Position numbers and translations under genes: made by a program
Notes under the pieces: generated by a model
What the model saw: only the letters and a program-made list of their open reading frames with translations
Told to the model about the DNA's origin: nothing
The model's database searches: none
Part shown: positions 29,101 through 37,553 of the stretch, piece after piece
Layout of the letters: every line of letters begins with the position of its first letter
How positions within the stretch are numbered: position 1 is the first letter of the stretch
Assembly: GCA_035278885.1 (NCBI GenBank)
Contig: DATEIR010000127.1
Location: 19,728-83,727, forward strand
Length of the DNA stretch: 64,000 bases
Reading direction: 5' to 3'
Origin: Gemmatimonadales bacterium
GTDB lineage: Bacteria > Gemmatimonadota > Gemmatimonadetes > Gemmatimonadales > GWC2-71-9

Positions 29101-29365
29101 CCGCCTCCGCCGCCCACTCCGCCAGGACGGCGCCCGCAATGAGGCAGACCACCAGCAGCCGCCACGCCGCCCACGGCACCGCGATCCCTCGAGCTCGCCG
29201 CAGATACAGCTGTGCCCCGAGCAGGCCACCCACCGCGAGGGTGGCCAGCAGGCACCAGTCGAGGCGGTAGCCGAGCCAGAGGTCCAGCACTCGATTGTCC
29301 TCCGAGGGGATGACGCCTGAAACGGCATAGGGATGTGCAACCGGGGTGCCATGAAAACCCGGCAT
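26165..29365 (-). CDS. hybrid sensor histidine kinase: periplasmic sensor, PAS, HisKA/HATPase_c, two receiver domains, C-terminal Hpt
   Basis: SEFLANMSHEIRTPMTG H-box, GGTGLGLAICRQLV G2 box, two REC blocks (LLLEGH..., ILLAEDNEVNQ...DCQMPELDG...KP), and Hpt AHTLRGSCGSIGA. Two TM segments flank a ~230-aa extracytoplasmic region. The exact start is uncertain. Confidence 0.88.
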   Translation of the reverse strand: MPGFHGTPVAHPYAVSGVIPSEDNRVLDLWLGYRLDWCLLATLAVGGLLGAQLYLRRARGIAVPWAAWRLLVVCLIAGAVLAEWAAEAGRTRLRGMLEGAAPTYAAALERGGHAGLRFDATATDSLYRALLGLQRSWVAANPSIHGMYTLRLLPNGRIVHLVDAESDRGGAERAPGARRNVPLGREYDGDISTELRGAFAGRASFDEAPRSDGVGTWVTAYLPLRDATGRVEAVLGVDYDAADWQKTLAQLRLAVIALMGIVTAVIVISLVVVRLARAEVETRERADAAIRESESRFRTLADAAPVMMWMEDPDRRIEYLNGGFLAFRGAALEEEMAAGRETHIHPEDQFRFREVRQGATSVGRPYTVDYRLRRADGEYRWVHETAAPRRSGDGSLSGYAGICSDVTDQRLASAELARARDAAVRSARLKSEFLANMSHEIRTPMTGIIGMLELLLDTELNAEQRDRAETARRSAGALLQILNDILDFSKVEAGRLELEAIDFDLRTTLDDVTGLLGERASSKGLEWATLVRPGVPSTVRGDPGRLRQVLLNLAGNAIKFTQQGEVVLRAQLASEDATHVMVRFEVVDSGIGIAPETQRVLFQAFSQADSSTTRRFGGTGLGLAICRQLVGLMGGQIGVESRPGLGSTFWFTVRFVRSTAAVADAPLPPAALAGLPVLLLEGHASARAALQATLERWHVAVASTGSADEGLAILRHWASEGRPRAVALVDRQSPRVDALGLARRIRSEPGIAGTRLVLLSGSGVRGEATEASTAGFDAFLSKPVRQSPLHDCLVTLLGVPEEGGAHPLITRHTLAESRSARRARILLAEDNEVNQKLAVAVLEKFGYRVEVVADGREAVSAVSHGGYDLVLMDCQMPELDGYAAASEIRRQQNGGPRIPIVAMTASAMQGERDRCLAAGMDDYVTKPIDRRRLQEVLDHWLGATAAEPGPEDALPATGDALDLSHLKSIVGHEPATIRSYLELFHQATAPLVADVGGAIERRDAGAVARVAHTLRGSCGSIGAAGMADVVGRLEDRSRSGEWDAIEELYRHLEQSYQQVRTFTATV

Positions 29366-29674
29366 TCAAACCCTTATGCCGCCGGGCTTTGGCCTCGGGG
29401 ATGCGCAAAATGCCTAGCACTACCCGCTCACATCGCCAGCCTCCCCGCGTTTCCCCGGACGCGCCGGTCCCATTGGGCTTGCTCGCCGGGCAGGGGGCGA
29501 TGCAGCTTTGTCGCCCATGCCGGGCCACCCCGTCGTCCAGGTCGCTGCGTTCACCCGCCCCCGTTCGGGTCGACGCCGTTCGACATTCCGGCGAAGTCGG
29601 CGACGAGTCCGCCGACCGCGTGCTTTACGGCCTGATGGCTCCACGGTGAGGGTGTTTAGGGGGCAGTTGCTCTG

Positions 29675-30004
29675 ATGGAGCCGCTCGACGCCTTCGGCAC
29701 GCTCGACCTGCGGGTGGGACGAATCCTCCGCGCCGAGCCCAACGAGCGAGCCCGGAAACCGGCTTACAAGCTCTGGATCGATTTCGGTCCGCTGGGAGCG
29801 AAGACGTCGAGCGCGCAGCTCCGCGCGCTGTACCGCCCCGAGGAGCTGGTAGGACGGCTGGTGGTGGCGGCGGTAAACCTGGGCACCCGCAACATCGCCG
29901 GGTTCCAGTCGGAGGTGCTGGTGCTCGGCCTGCCGAGCGAGGCGGGCGAGGTGGTGCTGTTGGCCGTCGAGCGCGACGTGCCGCTCGGCGGCCGGGTATA
30001 CTGA
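29675..30004 (+). CDS. tRNA-binding (EMAP/CsaA-type) domain protein
   Basis: 109 aa; LDLRVGRI...A..KLWIDFG...VAAVNLGTRNIAGF pattern of the CsaA/YgjH family. Confidence 0.8.
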   Translation: MEPLDAFGTLDLRVGRILRAEPNERARKPAYKLWIDFGPLGAKTSSAQLRALYRPEELVGRLVVAAVNLGTRNIAGFQSEVLVLGLPSEAGEVVLLAVERDVPLGGRVY

Positions 30005-30009
30005 GCGGA

Positions 30010-30411
30010 CTAGCGGGCGCTGTCGGGCGCGGGCCGGAGCACGAGGCCGGTGACCTGGCCGTCCGGAGCGAGGCTCCACTCCAGGAGCATCCGGTGCCGC
30101 GCATGGTCGAACGACGCGGTTCGGCTGTAGACCTGGAACGCCGAAGCCCGCTCGACCCGCTCGTCGACCGCGCCGTGCTCCCGGCCGAGGCGACTGACGG
30201 CATGGCCCGCGAAGGTGGCCAGGTCGCTCACGCTGCCGAAGGTCTGGCGCATCTCGGGCGAGAAGCGGTCCCACAGCTTGTCGAACTGGCTGCCGTAGAG
30301 CCAGGTGGTGTAGAGACGACCCTGCTCGATCGGTGCGCGGCTCGCCGCGTCATCCGGAGCGCAGGCCGCGACCGCCGCGGCCAGCGTGAGACCCACAGTC
30401 CATCGCCACAT
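30010..30411 (-). CDS. putative lipoprotein, unknown function
   Basis: Signal peptide ending in a lipobox-like AAVAAC. Confidence 0.55.
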   Translation of the reverse strand: MWRWTVGLTLAAAVAACAPDDAASRAPIEQGRLYTTWLYGSQFDKLWDRFSPEMRQTFGSVSDLATFAGHAVSRLGREHGAVDERVERASAFQVYSRTASFDHARHRMLLEWSLAPDGQVTGLVLRPAPDSAR

Positions 30412-30460
30412 CGTCGTTCCCTCGGTTGGCGGTCGCCGGGGTCCACCTCTCGGAGGCGTC

Positions 30461-31285
30461 GTGCGGGTCTACATCTCCGTCGACATGGAAGGCGTGGCCG
30501 GCGTTGCCCACGAGGATCAGACCGACCCCACGGATCCTCGTCACGCCGCGGAGTATAACCGATCGTGCCGGCTGATGACGGGCGAAGCGAACGCCGCGAT
30601 CGAGGGCGCCCTCGCCGCAGGCGCCACGCGCGTCCTGGTCAACGACAGCCACTGGCTGATGCGGAATCTCCTCGCCGACGAGCTGCACCCCGCGGCGGAG
30701 CTCCTGAGCGGCAGCTCGAAGCGGTGGTCCATGATGGAGGGCGTCGACCTGGGCTTCGACGCCGCGCTGTGCATCGGCTATCACGCCCGCGCCGGCACCC
30801 CGAGCGCGGTGATCGATCACACCTATACCGATCGGGTTCACGAGGCGCGGCTGAACGGACGCGCGGTGGGCGAGCTGGCCCTGAACGCCGCCCTGGCCGG
30901 GACCTGGGACGTCCCGGTCGTGCTGGTGAGCGGCGATCAGGCGCTGGCCGAAGAAGCGCGGGAGCTGCTGGGTGACGGGGTCGAGCGCGTGGTGGTGAAG
31001 CACGCGGTGAGCCGGTTCGCCGCCCGGAGTCTCCCGCCGGCCGAAGCCTGCCGGCGGATTCGCGCGGGCGCGACCGCGGCGCTCGCGCGGCGGCACCGGC
31101 CGCTCCGGCTCGAGTCGCCGGTGCAGCTCGAGGTCGAGCTGGCGCTCACCCAGATGGCCGACATGGCGGAGCTGGTGCCGGGCTCGGTGCGGACCGGCGG
31201 CCGAACGGTCGCGTTCCAGCACGACGATTATCGCGAGGTGTTCCGGGCCTGGCGGGCGATCTACAACCTCGCCGGCACCGAGTGA
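30461..31285 (+). CDS. M55-family D-aminopeptidase (DppA-like)
   Basis: VYISVDMEGVAGV N-terminal hallmark. The GTG at 30461 has GGAGG upstream; the listed start at 30386 is an extension. Confidence 0.8.
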   Translation: MRVYISVDMEGVAGVAHEDQTDPTDPRHAAEYNRSCRLMTGEANAAIEGALAAGATRVLVNDSHWLMRNLLADELHPAAELLSGSSKRWSMMEGVDLGFDAALCIGYHARAGTPSAVIDHTYTDRVHEARLNGRAVGELALNAALAGTWDVPVVLVSGDQALAEEARELLGDGVERVVVKHAVSRFAARSLPPAEACRRIRAGATAALARRHRPLRLESPVQLEVELALTQMADMAELVPGSVRTGGRTVAFQHDDYREVFRAWRAIYNLAGTE

Positions 31286-31292
31286 GGCGGGA

Positions 31293-31631
31293 TCAGTCGG
31301 AGCTCGAGCTGACCACCCGATTGATGACGAAGACGTTCCCGCTCTGACACGCACCGGGCTGATCCACGGTAGTGCCGAGCAGGGTGACCCGGGTTCCCTC
31401 CTGGCGGAGCGTATCGGGCAGCTCGGCCGCCCGAAGCTCGTAGACGTCACCCTCCGCAGTCTGCAGCTGCCAGCAGCCCGGGTCGGCGCTGTCGTAGTGA
31501 ATCACCCCGACCACACGCAGCTCACCCGTGCTCGAATCCGTGGAGATCGCGCAGAACGACACCGACGGCGACGCGGCCAGCATCAGGGAGAAGAAGGATT
31601 GCTGCAGGAGGTACCGGGGGTGCGCGGCCAT
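31293..31631 (-). CDS. small secreted or lipid-anchored hypothetical protein
   Basis: Hydrophobic N-terminus FFSLMLAASPSVSFC and three Cys. No motif I recognise. Confidence 0.5.
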   Translation of the reverse strand: MAAHPRYLLQQSFFSLMLAASPSVSFCAISTDSSTGELRVVGVIHYDSADPGCWQLQTAEGDVYELRAAELPDTLRQEGTRVTLLGTTVDQPGACQSGNVFVINRVVSSSSD

Positions 31632-31815
31632 GGGGCCTCCGGGGCTGCCGACGCTCCGCTAATATAGCGTTCCCGCCGCGGACGGGAGACCACGGTGGCC
31701 GCGCCTACCAGCGGCGATGCGCCGATCCGGTGCAGTGATTCGAGAGATCGGCGCACCTTAGAATTCACTTTAGATCAATATTGTAACAGCACGAGTCACA
31801 TCGTCTTGCTGCTGC

Positions 31816-33366
31816 TCACCTGACGGACACTTCACCCAACGACTCCCGGCCCCGCTCCATCGCCGCTTCGGTCGCCAGGCTCTCCCGGTCGCGGAAGATC
31901 GTGGCCACGGCGTACGTGCGATCCGCCCGCCGGAACCAGACCGCGCAGTCGTGCGCCGACGGATCGCCGTCCAGGTCGATCGTGTCCCAGCGCTCGGCAT
32001 GCCCGACGTAATTGATGGAGATGTCGTAGTGCTGGCTCCAGAAGAACGGCACCGCGTCGAAGCGGCGCTGGAGACCCAGCATGTTTTCCGCCGCGGCCTG
32101 GCCCTGGCGCTGCGCCACCACCCAATGCTCCACCCGGATGCGCTCGCCCGTCAGCGGGTCGGGCCACCGCGCGATGTCGCCCGCGGCGTAGATGCCCGGG
32201 GCGCTGGTCTCCAGCCGCTCGTTCACACTCACCCCGCGGTCCATCGCGAGCCCCGCGCTCTCAGCCAGCTCCACGTTGGGGCGCACTCCGATGCCCACGA
32301 CGACCAGATCGGCCGACAGCCGCTCGCCCCTGTCCAGGGTGACGCCGCCCGCGGAGATCTCGGTCGGCTTGCGCTCCAGGTGAAAGCGGACTCCGTGCTC
32401 TTCGTGCAGGCCGCGGATGAAATCGCCGAGCGCCGCGCCCATGACGCGCTCGAGGGGACGGCTGTCGGGCGCGACCACGTCGACCTCCAGCTTGCGGGCC
32501 CGGAGCGACGCGGCGACCTCGAGTCCGATGAAGCTCGCACCCACCACGACCGCCCGGCCCCCCTCACGCGCCGCGGCGATGATCGCGCGGCTGTCGCGGA
32601 GAGAGCGGAGATAGTGAACCGGCATTCCCCCGCGATCCACCTCCGGGCCGAGGCGTACCGGCGTCGCGCCGGTGGCCAGCAGCAGGGCACCGTAGTCCCT
32701 GGTGGACCCATCGTCCAGCTCCACCCGGCGGTCGCCGGGCCGGAGCGCCGCCACCCGCCTGCCCCGCAACCGGTCGATACCCTGGTCGCGATCCCACTCC
32801 GGCGAGCGAAGCGGGAGCCATTCCTCCGGCGCGCTGCCGGCGAGGTAGTCCTTCGAGCAGTTGGGTCGGTCGTAGGGAGCGTCGGTGTCCGGATCGACGA
32901 TGGTGATGGGCCCTTCATATCCCTCGCGCCGGAGCGTCGCCGCGGCGCTGTCGCCCGCGGCCCCGCCGCCGACGATCACGACCGACGCGGGGGCGTCCTT
33001 GCGGGCCGTAGGTCGAGCGGGCTTCCGGTCCACCTTGCCGGCGACTCGCACCGTGTCGCCCGAGACCTCGACCCGATAGCAGGCCACGGGGTGCAGCGCC
33101 GGCGGACGGAGCGCCTCTCCGGTGCGCAGGCTGAAACACGCATGGTGCCACGGGCAGCGCACGGTGTCGCCGATTATGAGGCCCTCACCCAGCGGCCCGT
33201 TGTAGTGACTGCAGGTGGCCCCGATGGCGAGCCACTCGTCCTCCTGCCGCACCAGCAGGACCGCGTCGCCATCCACTTGGCCGACGACGCTGCCTCCCGG
33301 CTTCACGCTGCTGACCGGAATGCCGCGGGCCAGGTCCGGACCGCTCGGCTTGGCCTGTTCTCCCAT
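31816..33366 (-). CDS. Rieske [2Fe-2S] domain fused to an FAD/NAD(P)-dependent pyridine-nucleotide-disulfide oxidoreductase (ferredoxin-reductase-like)
   Basis: CSHYNGPL...CPWHHACF Rieske ligands, VVIVGGGAAGDSAA FAD GxGxxG and VVVGASFIGLEVA NAD fold. Confidence 0.88.
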   Translation of the reverse strand: MGEQAKPSGPDLARGIPVSSVKPGGSVVGQVDGDAVLLVRQEDEWLAIGATCSHYNGPLGEGLIIGDTVRCPWHHACFSLRTGEALRPPALHPVACYRVEVSGDTVRVAGKVDRKPARPTARKDAPASVVIVGGGAAGDSAAATLRREGYEGPITIVDPDTDAPYDRPNCSKDYLAGSAPEEWLPLRSPEWDRDQGIDRLRGRRVAALRPGDRRVELDDGSTRDYGALLLATGATPVRLGPEVDRGGMPVHYLRSLRDSRAIIAAAREGGRAVVVGASFIGLEVAASLRARKLEVDVVAPDSRPLERVMGAALGDFIRGLHEEHGVRFHLERKPTEISAGGVTLDRGERLSADLVVVGIGVRPNVELAESAGLAMDRGVSVNERLETSAPGIYAAGDIARWPDPLTGERIRVEHWVVAQRQGQAAAENMLGLQRRFDAVPFFWSQHYDISINYVGHAERWDTIDLDGDPSAHDCAVWFRRADRTYAVATIFRDRESLATEAAMERGRESLGEVSVR

Positions 33367-33501
33367 CGCGCCTCCACGTAAAGGTCGGATGCCTCGGGAA
33401 TCATACCGCGCTGAGGAACAAATGACACGAACCCTCCCGGTCCGGCCCCCGCGTGGTGCGAGGACCGGCCAGGAGGGTTCGTCGGCTGACGGGCGAGGAG
33501 C

Positions 33502-33774
33502 CTAGCGGTCTTCCCGCATGGGCCGCCGGTGCGGCTCCGGCTCCCCGCCTCGGAACTCGAAGTGTCCGTCGTGCAGGACCCGGTGGCGCCGTCCGATCGC
33601 CACCCCGCGCAAGAGCTCGTCCGCCAGCACCCGGTCGGCGAGCATCGCGGCCGATTCCCAGACCCCGGGGGCGATCCCCGGGTAGAGTCGGGCGTGCTCC
33701 GCCAGCAGTCGTGCTTCGCGACGCGCGGTGAGGGTCAGGGGGCCAAGGACGTCCAGCTCGACGACCGTCATCAT
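33502..33774 (-). CDS. hypothetical protein
   Basis: High GC3 begins at the ATG ATG ACG codons (33774). The maximal ORF reaches a GTG at 33795. No motif I recognise. Confidence 0.4.
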   Translation of the reverse strand: MMTVVELDVLGPLTLTARREARLLAEHARLYPGIAPGVWESAAMLADRVLADELLRGVAIGRRHRVLHDGHFEFRGGEPEPHRRPMREDR

Positions 33775-33894
33775 TGGGGATTGTGGCATGATCACCTCTC
33801 GGCCGACGCCACCGGCTCCACCTTGGTGCGGCCGGCGGCGGTCGTCAATAGCCTGTTCGAGCCAGGTCGTGAGAAGGTGATGCCCCGGTAACGG

Positions 33895-34146
33895 TCACCC
33901 CTCGGCGGCGAGGCGACGCATCACGCCGGCCAGTAGATCTCGAGGGATGTCGATCCGGCGCAGGCGCTGCCGGATCAGCCCGAGGAGAACCACCTCGAAT
34001 TGGAACTGGCTGGCACATCCCAGGCACTGGTGGAGGTGTACCTCGACCTGCCGTCGCTCCGGGGGAGTAAGGCTCCGATCGACGTACTCGTCCAGCCGCC
34101 GGAGCATCTCGGCACAGGGCGAGCCATCGACGAGGCGCAGCGACAT
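33895..34146 (-). CDS. zinc-binding anti-sigma factor (ZAS), RsrA-like, cytoplasmic
   Basis: 83 aa from the ATG at 34146. It has C11 plus H37-x3-C41-x2-C44 (VHLHQCLGC) and is colinear with RsrA-type proteins (CxEML..L.EYVD ... P.DL.A.VM.RL). No TM segment. Confidence 0.7.
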   Translation of the reverse strand: MSLRLVDGSPCAEMLRRLDEYVDRSLTPPERRQVEVHLHQCLGCASQFQFEVVLLGLIRQRLRRIDIPRDLLAGVMRRLAAEG

Positions 34147-34198
34147 GCAGGCCAAACGGCGCCCAGCCGGCGAAAGTTCCCCCTCGCTCCGAGCCGAC

Positions 34199-35701
34199 CT
34201 AGCCCCCGGCCCCCAAGCCGCATCCAGGGCCCGGCACGGCGCCCCAACCCTCCAGCCCGATCCGGCGTGCCCGGCTGAAGGCGATGTTCCACCGGGGAGC
34301 GGATGCGAACGCCCTGCTCCAGCGCTCCCGCACCGCGGTCCCCAGCGCGCAGCGCTCGGCGTCGGGGAGGCCGGGCAGCGTCCGCCCGATGGCGGGAAGC
34401 GCGTCGGCGCTGAGTCGGGCGATGTAGGCCGCGTCGACCTCACGCCCCTCCGCGATCCGGGCCAGGTTGGTGCGCGCGATCAGCGCGTCGGGATTGAGCA
34501 GGTTGAGCGCGACCAGCATCAGGCCCGCCGCGGCGACCGCGCCGGGCGCGAACCGCTGGCGTCGTCCGCGAAGCACCGTCGCCGCGAACCAGCCGAACAC
34601 CAGCACCAGCCACCCCATGAACGCCGTGGTATAGTACCGCAGCTCGGTCAGGCCGTACTCGACCGTATAGAGGCGCATGCGGTAGAGTGCCGAGGCGAGC
34701 ATCACGTCCAGCAGGAGCAGCATCAACAGGGCCAGGCCGCGAAAGCGCCGCAGACCCGCGCGGTCATCGGCGGCGAGCAGCCAGTCGGCCGCGAGCAGCA
34801 GGGGCAGGCTCAGCGCGGCCACCGCCACGAGCTGGAAGAACCCGCTCCGCGCGTACTCCGCGTAGCTGAGGCCACTCACCGCCCGCACGAACGCGGCGCC
34901 GCCGAAGAGCACCCGGAACTGCACCAGGACGAAGCTCGCGAACAGCAGGTCCACTACCACGAGTACCGTTCCCACTTCACCGAGGCCGAAGCGCCCGCGT
35001 CCCGGCGTCGGCAGCGGAATAGTCGGCAGCGCACCTTTCGCCCAGACGATGACGCCGATGACACCGGCCGCGACCCAGCCCCAGCGCATCATCGCGAGCC
35101 AGTGCTCGGCGACGGTATCGAGCCGGAGTGCGAGCTGGTCCGACAGGATCCGGTTGAAGACCGGGTCCGCGTTCATCAGGAGACCGCCGAACACGGCGGT
35201 AATGGGGAGCGCCGCGAGCAGGCCGAGCGCGGGCCCGCGCAGCCGCCGCAGGGGCGTGTCGTCGGGCAAGGTCCGCCAGTCGATCTCGCTGAAGACCAGC
35301 GCGGGCGCGCCGCCCACAATGCCGCTGCCAAGGCGCACGACGCCGGCGGCATAGTCCATGACGCCGGCCTTCCAGAGGCCCAGCGCCCGCACCTGCGGCA
35401 GGGCCAGCACGCCGACGGCGCCGATGGCGAGCAGATTGAGAGCGAAGAGCACCTCGGAATCGCGCCAGATCAGGGACAGCACCAGCACACCCGCCGCAAG
35501 GCCGAACCCGGGATGGGGTGGGTCCAGGTCCGGCTCCCGTGCCAGGACATAGCTGACCGCGAGCACCAGCGCCCCGACGCCGAGCGCGAGGTCGAGCCGC
35601 CCGGGCACGGTGCGTTCCAGGACGTCGCCGGCGACGCCGATCGCGACGGCCGCGGCCGCGACCGTGAGCCCTTGACGGGTACGGGGAATCGTGCCGCTCA
35701 C
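34199..35701 (-). CDS. polytopic membrane protein (DUF4173/DUF4153-like)
   Basis: About 500 aa and highly hydrophobic with many TM segments. The GTG at 35701 overlaps the uppS TGA (GTGA). The listed extension to 35977 runs over uppS. Confidence 0.65.
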   Translation of the reverse strand: MSGTIPRTRQGLTVAAAAVAIGVAGDVLERTVPGRLDLALGVGALVLAVSYVLAREPDLDPPHPGFGLAAGVLVLSLIWRDSEVLFALNLLAIGAVGVLALPQVRALGLWKAGVMDYAAGVVRLGSGIVGGAPALVFSEIDWRTLPDDTPLRRLRGPALGLLAALPITAVFGGLLMNADPVFNRILSDQLALRLDTVAEHWLAMMRWGWVAAGVIGVIVWAKGALPTIPLPTPGRGRFGLGEVGTVLVVVDLLFASFVLVQFRVLFGGAAFVRAVSGLSYAEYARSGFFQLVAVAALSLPLLLAADWLLAADDRAGLRRFRGLALLMLLLLDVMLASALYRMRLYTVEYGLTELRYYTTAFMGWLVLVFGWFAATVLRGRRQRFAPGAVAAAGLMLVALNLLNPDALIARTNLARIAEGREVDAAYIARLSADALPAIGRTLPGLPDAERCALGTAVRERWSRAFASAPRWNIAFSRARRIGLEGWGAVPGPGCGLGAGG

Positions 35702-36426
35702 CCGGCCACTCCCGTGCTGAGCCCGCCGAACCGGCGATCGCGCCCGGCGAACTCCCGCATCGCGTCGGCCAGGTCGGACTCCGCGAAATCGGGCCAGAGC
35801 CGCTCCAGAAAGAGCAGCTCGGCGTAGGCCGCTTCCCACAGGAGGAAGTCGCTCAGCCGGCGCTCGCCGCCGGTGCGGATCAGCAGATCCAGCTCGGGCA
35901 CCGGCGAGCCGTGATCCACGATCGCCACCAGGCGGCCGAAGGCGTCGCGCCCGATCGGGGTGGCCGGCTGCACGCATTGCGCGGCGCGCAGAATGGCGTC
36001 GCGCCCGCTGTAGTCCAGCGCGATCCGGAGCAGGAGGCGGCGGCCCCCCGCCGTCGCGCGCTCGGCCCGCTCGATGCGACCCACCAGGCCCCCGTCGAGC
36101 CGGTCCCGGCGGCCGATCACCTCCAGCCGGACCCCATTGCGGACGCAGCGCGGGGTCTCGGCCCGGAGATACTCGCGGAACAGCCGCATGAGCGCGCGGA
36201 CCTCGAGCGTGGGGCGATTCCAGTTGTCGGCAGAGAAGGCGTAGAGAGTGAGTGCCCCGATGCCGAGACCCGGCGCCGCCTCTACCACCCGGCGGACCGT
36301 CTGTGCGCCGGCGCGGTGCCCCTCGGGTCGGGGGCGTCCGTGGCGGGTGGCCCAGCGGCCGTTGCCGTCCATGATGATGCCGACGTGGAGTCCTGGAACC
36401 GGATGCGGCGAAGCGCTTTGCGTCAT
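35698..36426 (-). CDS. uppS: di-trans,poly-cis-undecaprenyl-diphosphate synthase
   Basis: [13 protein letters not shown] and [13 protein letters not shown] motifs, and [15 protein letters not shown]. The ATG at 36426 has GAGG upstream. Confidence 0.9.
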   Translation of the reverse strand: MTQSASPHPVPGLHVGIIMDGNGRWATRHGRPRPEGHRAGAQTVRRVVEAAPGLGIGALTLYAFSADNWNRPTLEVRALMRLFREYLRAETPRCVRNGVRLEVIGRRDRLDGGLVGRIERAERATAGGRRLLLRIALDYSGRDAILRAAQCVQPATPIGRDAFGRLVAIVDHGSPVPELDLLIRTGGERRLSDFLLWEAAYAELLFLERLWPDFAESDLADAMREFAGRDRRFGGLSTGVAG

Positions 36427-36454
36427 AAAGTATGACCTCAAAAAAAAGGCGGCC

Positions 36455-36841
36455 TCAGCGATCCCGGGTGCTCCGGATGATCGCCTCCATGTGGGCCAGG
36501 TAGCGCTCCAGCGCCCGCCGGCCGGCGGGGCTCAGGCGATACTCCGTCCGGGGCATCCGCCCCTCGAACGACTTGGTGCAGAGGATGTAGGCGGCCTCCT
36601 CGAGCTTGCGGGCATGCACGCTCAGGTTGCCGTCGGTGGTCTCCAGCAGGCGCTTGAGCTCGTTGAAGGTGAGCGACTCGTTGACCGCGAGCGCGCTCAC
36701 GATGGCGAGCCGCATCCGCTCGTGAATGAGGCGGTCGAGCTCCAGCGTCCCATGCGCCGCGGAGCCGCCCTTGACCCCGGCCAGCCGGCCGGGCCCCCGC
36801 GGCTCTTCCCCGCCCCGGGGTGCGAGATTGGACTTAGCCAC
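36455..36841 (-). CDS. winged-helix transcriptional regulator (HTH_34-like)
   Basis: [17 protein letters not shown]...[30 protein letters not shown]...[17 protein letters not shown]. Confidence 0.75.
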   Translation of the reverse strand: MAKSNLAPRGGEEPRGPGRLAGVKGGSAAHGTLELDRLIHERMRLAIVSALAVNESLTFNELKRLLETTDGNLSVHARKLEEAAYILCTKSFEGRMPRTEYRLSPAGRRALERYLAHMEAIIRSTRDR

Positions 36842-37448
36842 CGTACCTCCGGGCGATGACCCAGCCGAAACCGATGTGAAGCCCGCCGAAGCCGATCGCC
36901 ATGAGCAGGTTGCCCCAAGCCGCCGGACCCAGCAGCGCGACGGCCCCGAGCGCCATGAAGCAGAGGCCCATGAGCGGCACCACCCGCACCGAAAAGGCGC
37001 CGCCCGTCACCACGCCGGTTCCGTAGAGCAGCAGCCAAGTGCCGGGGAGCGCCTGATACAGGCCGGCCCGCATCAGGGCGACGGTGAGCAGGGCTCCGAC
37101 CGCTATCGGGGGCACGTAGCTCAGCACGAAGCGGCGCCCTGGATAGCTGAAGACGGTGGTGCCCGCGCGGCGGGCCTTCCGGACCATGCTCCATCCGCCG
37201 ATCGTGAGGGCCACGGCGGACGCGCCCAACCAGGTGGCCAGCCATTCCGCCGGCGTGAGCCGGGTCTCGGCGGCCGCGGCGGCAGCCAGCGCCACCGCAC
37301 CCATGGCCACGCCGCCCCACCCCGGGACGGCGGTGAAGGCCGTGGCCCGCTCCATGGTCTGGCGGATGAAGGAGAGGTTGTCCATCGCGCGCGCATGCAG
37401 CGCGGGCGCGTCGTCCGAGGAGGGCGGGACCAGCCGGGGCGAGGCCAT
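36834..37448 (-). CDS. membrane protein of unknown function, co-operonic with the HTH_34 regulator
   Basis: Five to six predicted TM stretches and an 8-nt overlap with the regulator gene. The ATG at 37448 is chosen because the listed TTG start (37484) is itself the -35 hexamer of the promoter below. Confidence 0.6.
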   Translation of the reverse strand: MASPRLVPPSSDDAPALHARAMDNLSFIRQTMERATAFTAVPGWGGVAMGAVALAAAAAAETRLTPAEWLATWLGASAVALTIGGWSMVRKARRAGTTVFSYPGRRFVLSYVPPIAVGALLTVALMRAGLYQALPGTWLLLYGTGVVTGGAFSVRVVPLMGLCFMALGAVALLGPAAWGNLLMAIGFGGLHIGFGWVIARRYGG

Positions 37449-37455
37449 GGATGCC

Positions 37456-37484
37456 AGTATAAGGAACGTGCCTGTCTCTAGCAA
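37456..37484 (-). promoter_or_regulatory. sigma70-type promoter TTGCTA-N17-TATACT placed 7 nt before the ATG (leaderless mRNA predicted)
   Basis: The minus strand reads TTGCTAgagacaggcacgttccTTATACTggcatccATG, checked directly. There is no room for a Shine-Dalgarno sequence. Confidence 0.5.
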
Positions 37485-37553
37485 GTACTTTGTGGTGCAA
37501 AGCCCAGCACTTCACCTCGCCCCACTACCCCGCCCCGACCCCCCGGTCGGCTT

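Noticed and set aside
25044-29528. Single 1494-aa ORF spanning both the HD-GYP regulator and the hybrid kinase region.
   Set aside because: Only the last 368 codons (from the ATG at 26150) look like protein. Upstream of that, the frame is Arg/Gly/Pro-rich junk overlapping the real kinase frame (26165-29365).
36440-36447. A8 homopolymer (T8 on the coding strand) between the HTH_34 gene and uppS, considered as a phase-variation tract or a terminator U-run.
   Set aside because: It is intergenic, so slippage cannot shift a reading frame. The nearest stable stem ends 9 nt before the run, which is a poor intrinsic terminator geometry. It is probably just spacer ahead of the uppS GAGG ribosome-binding site.
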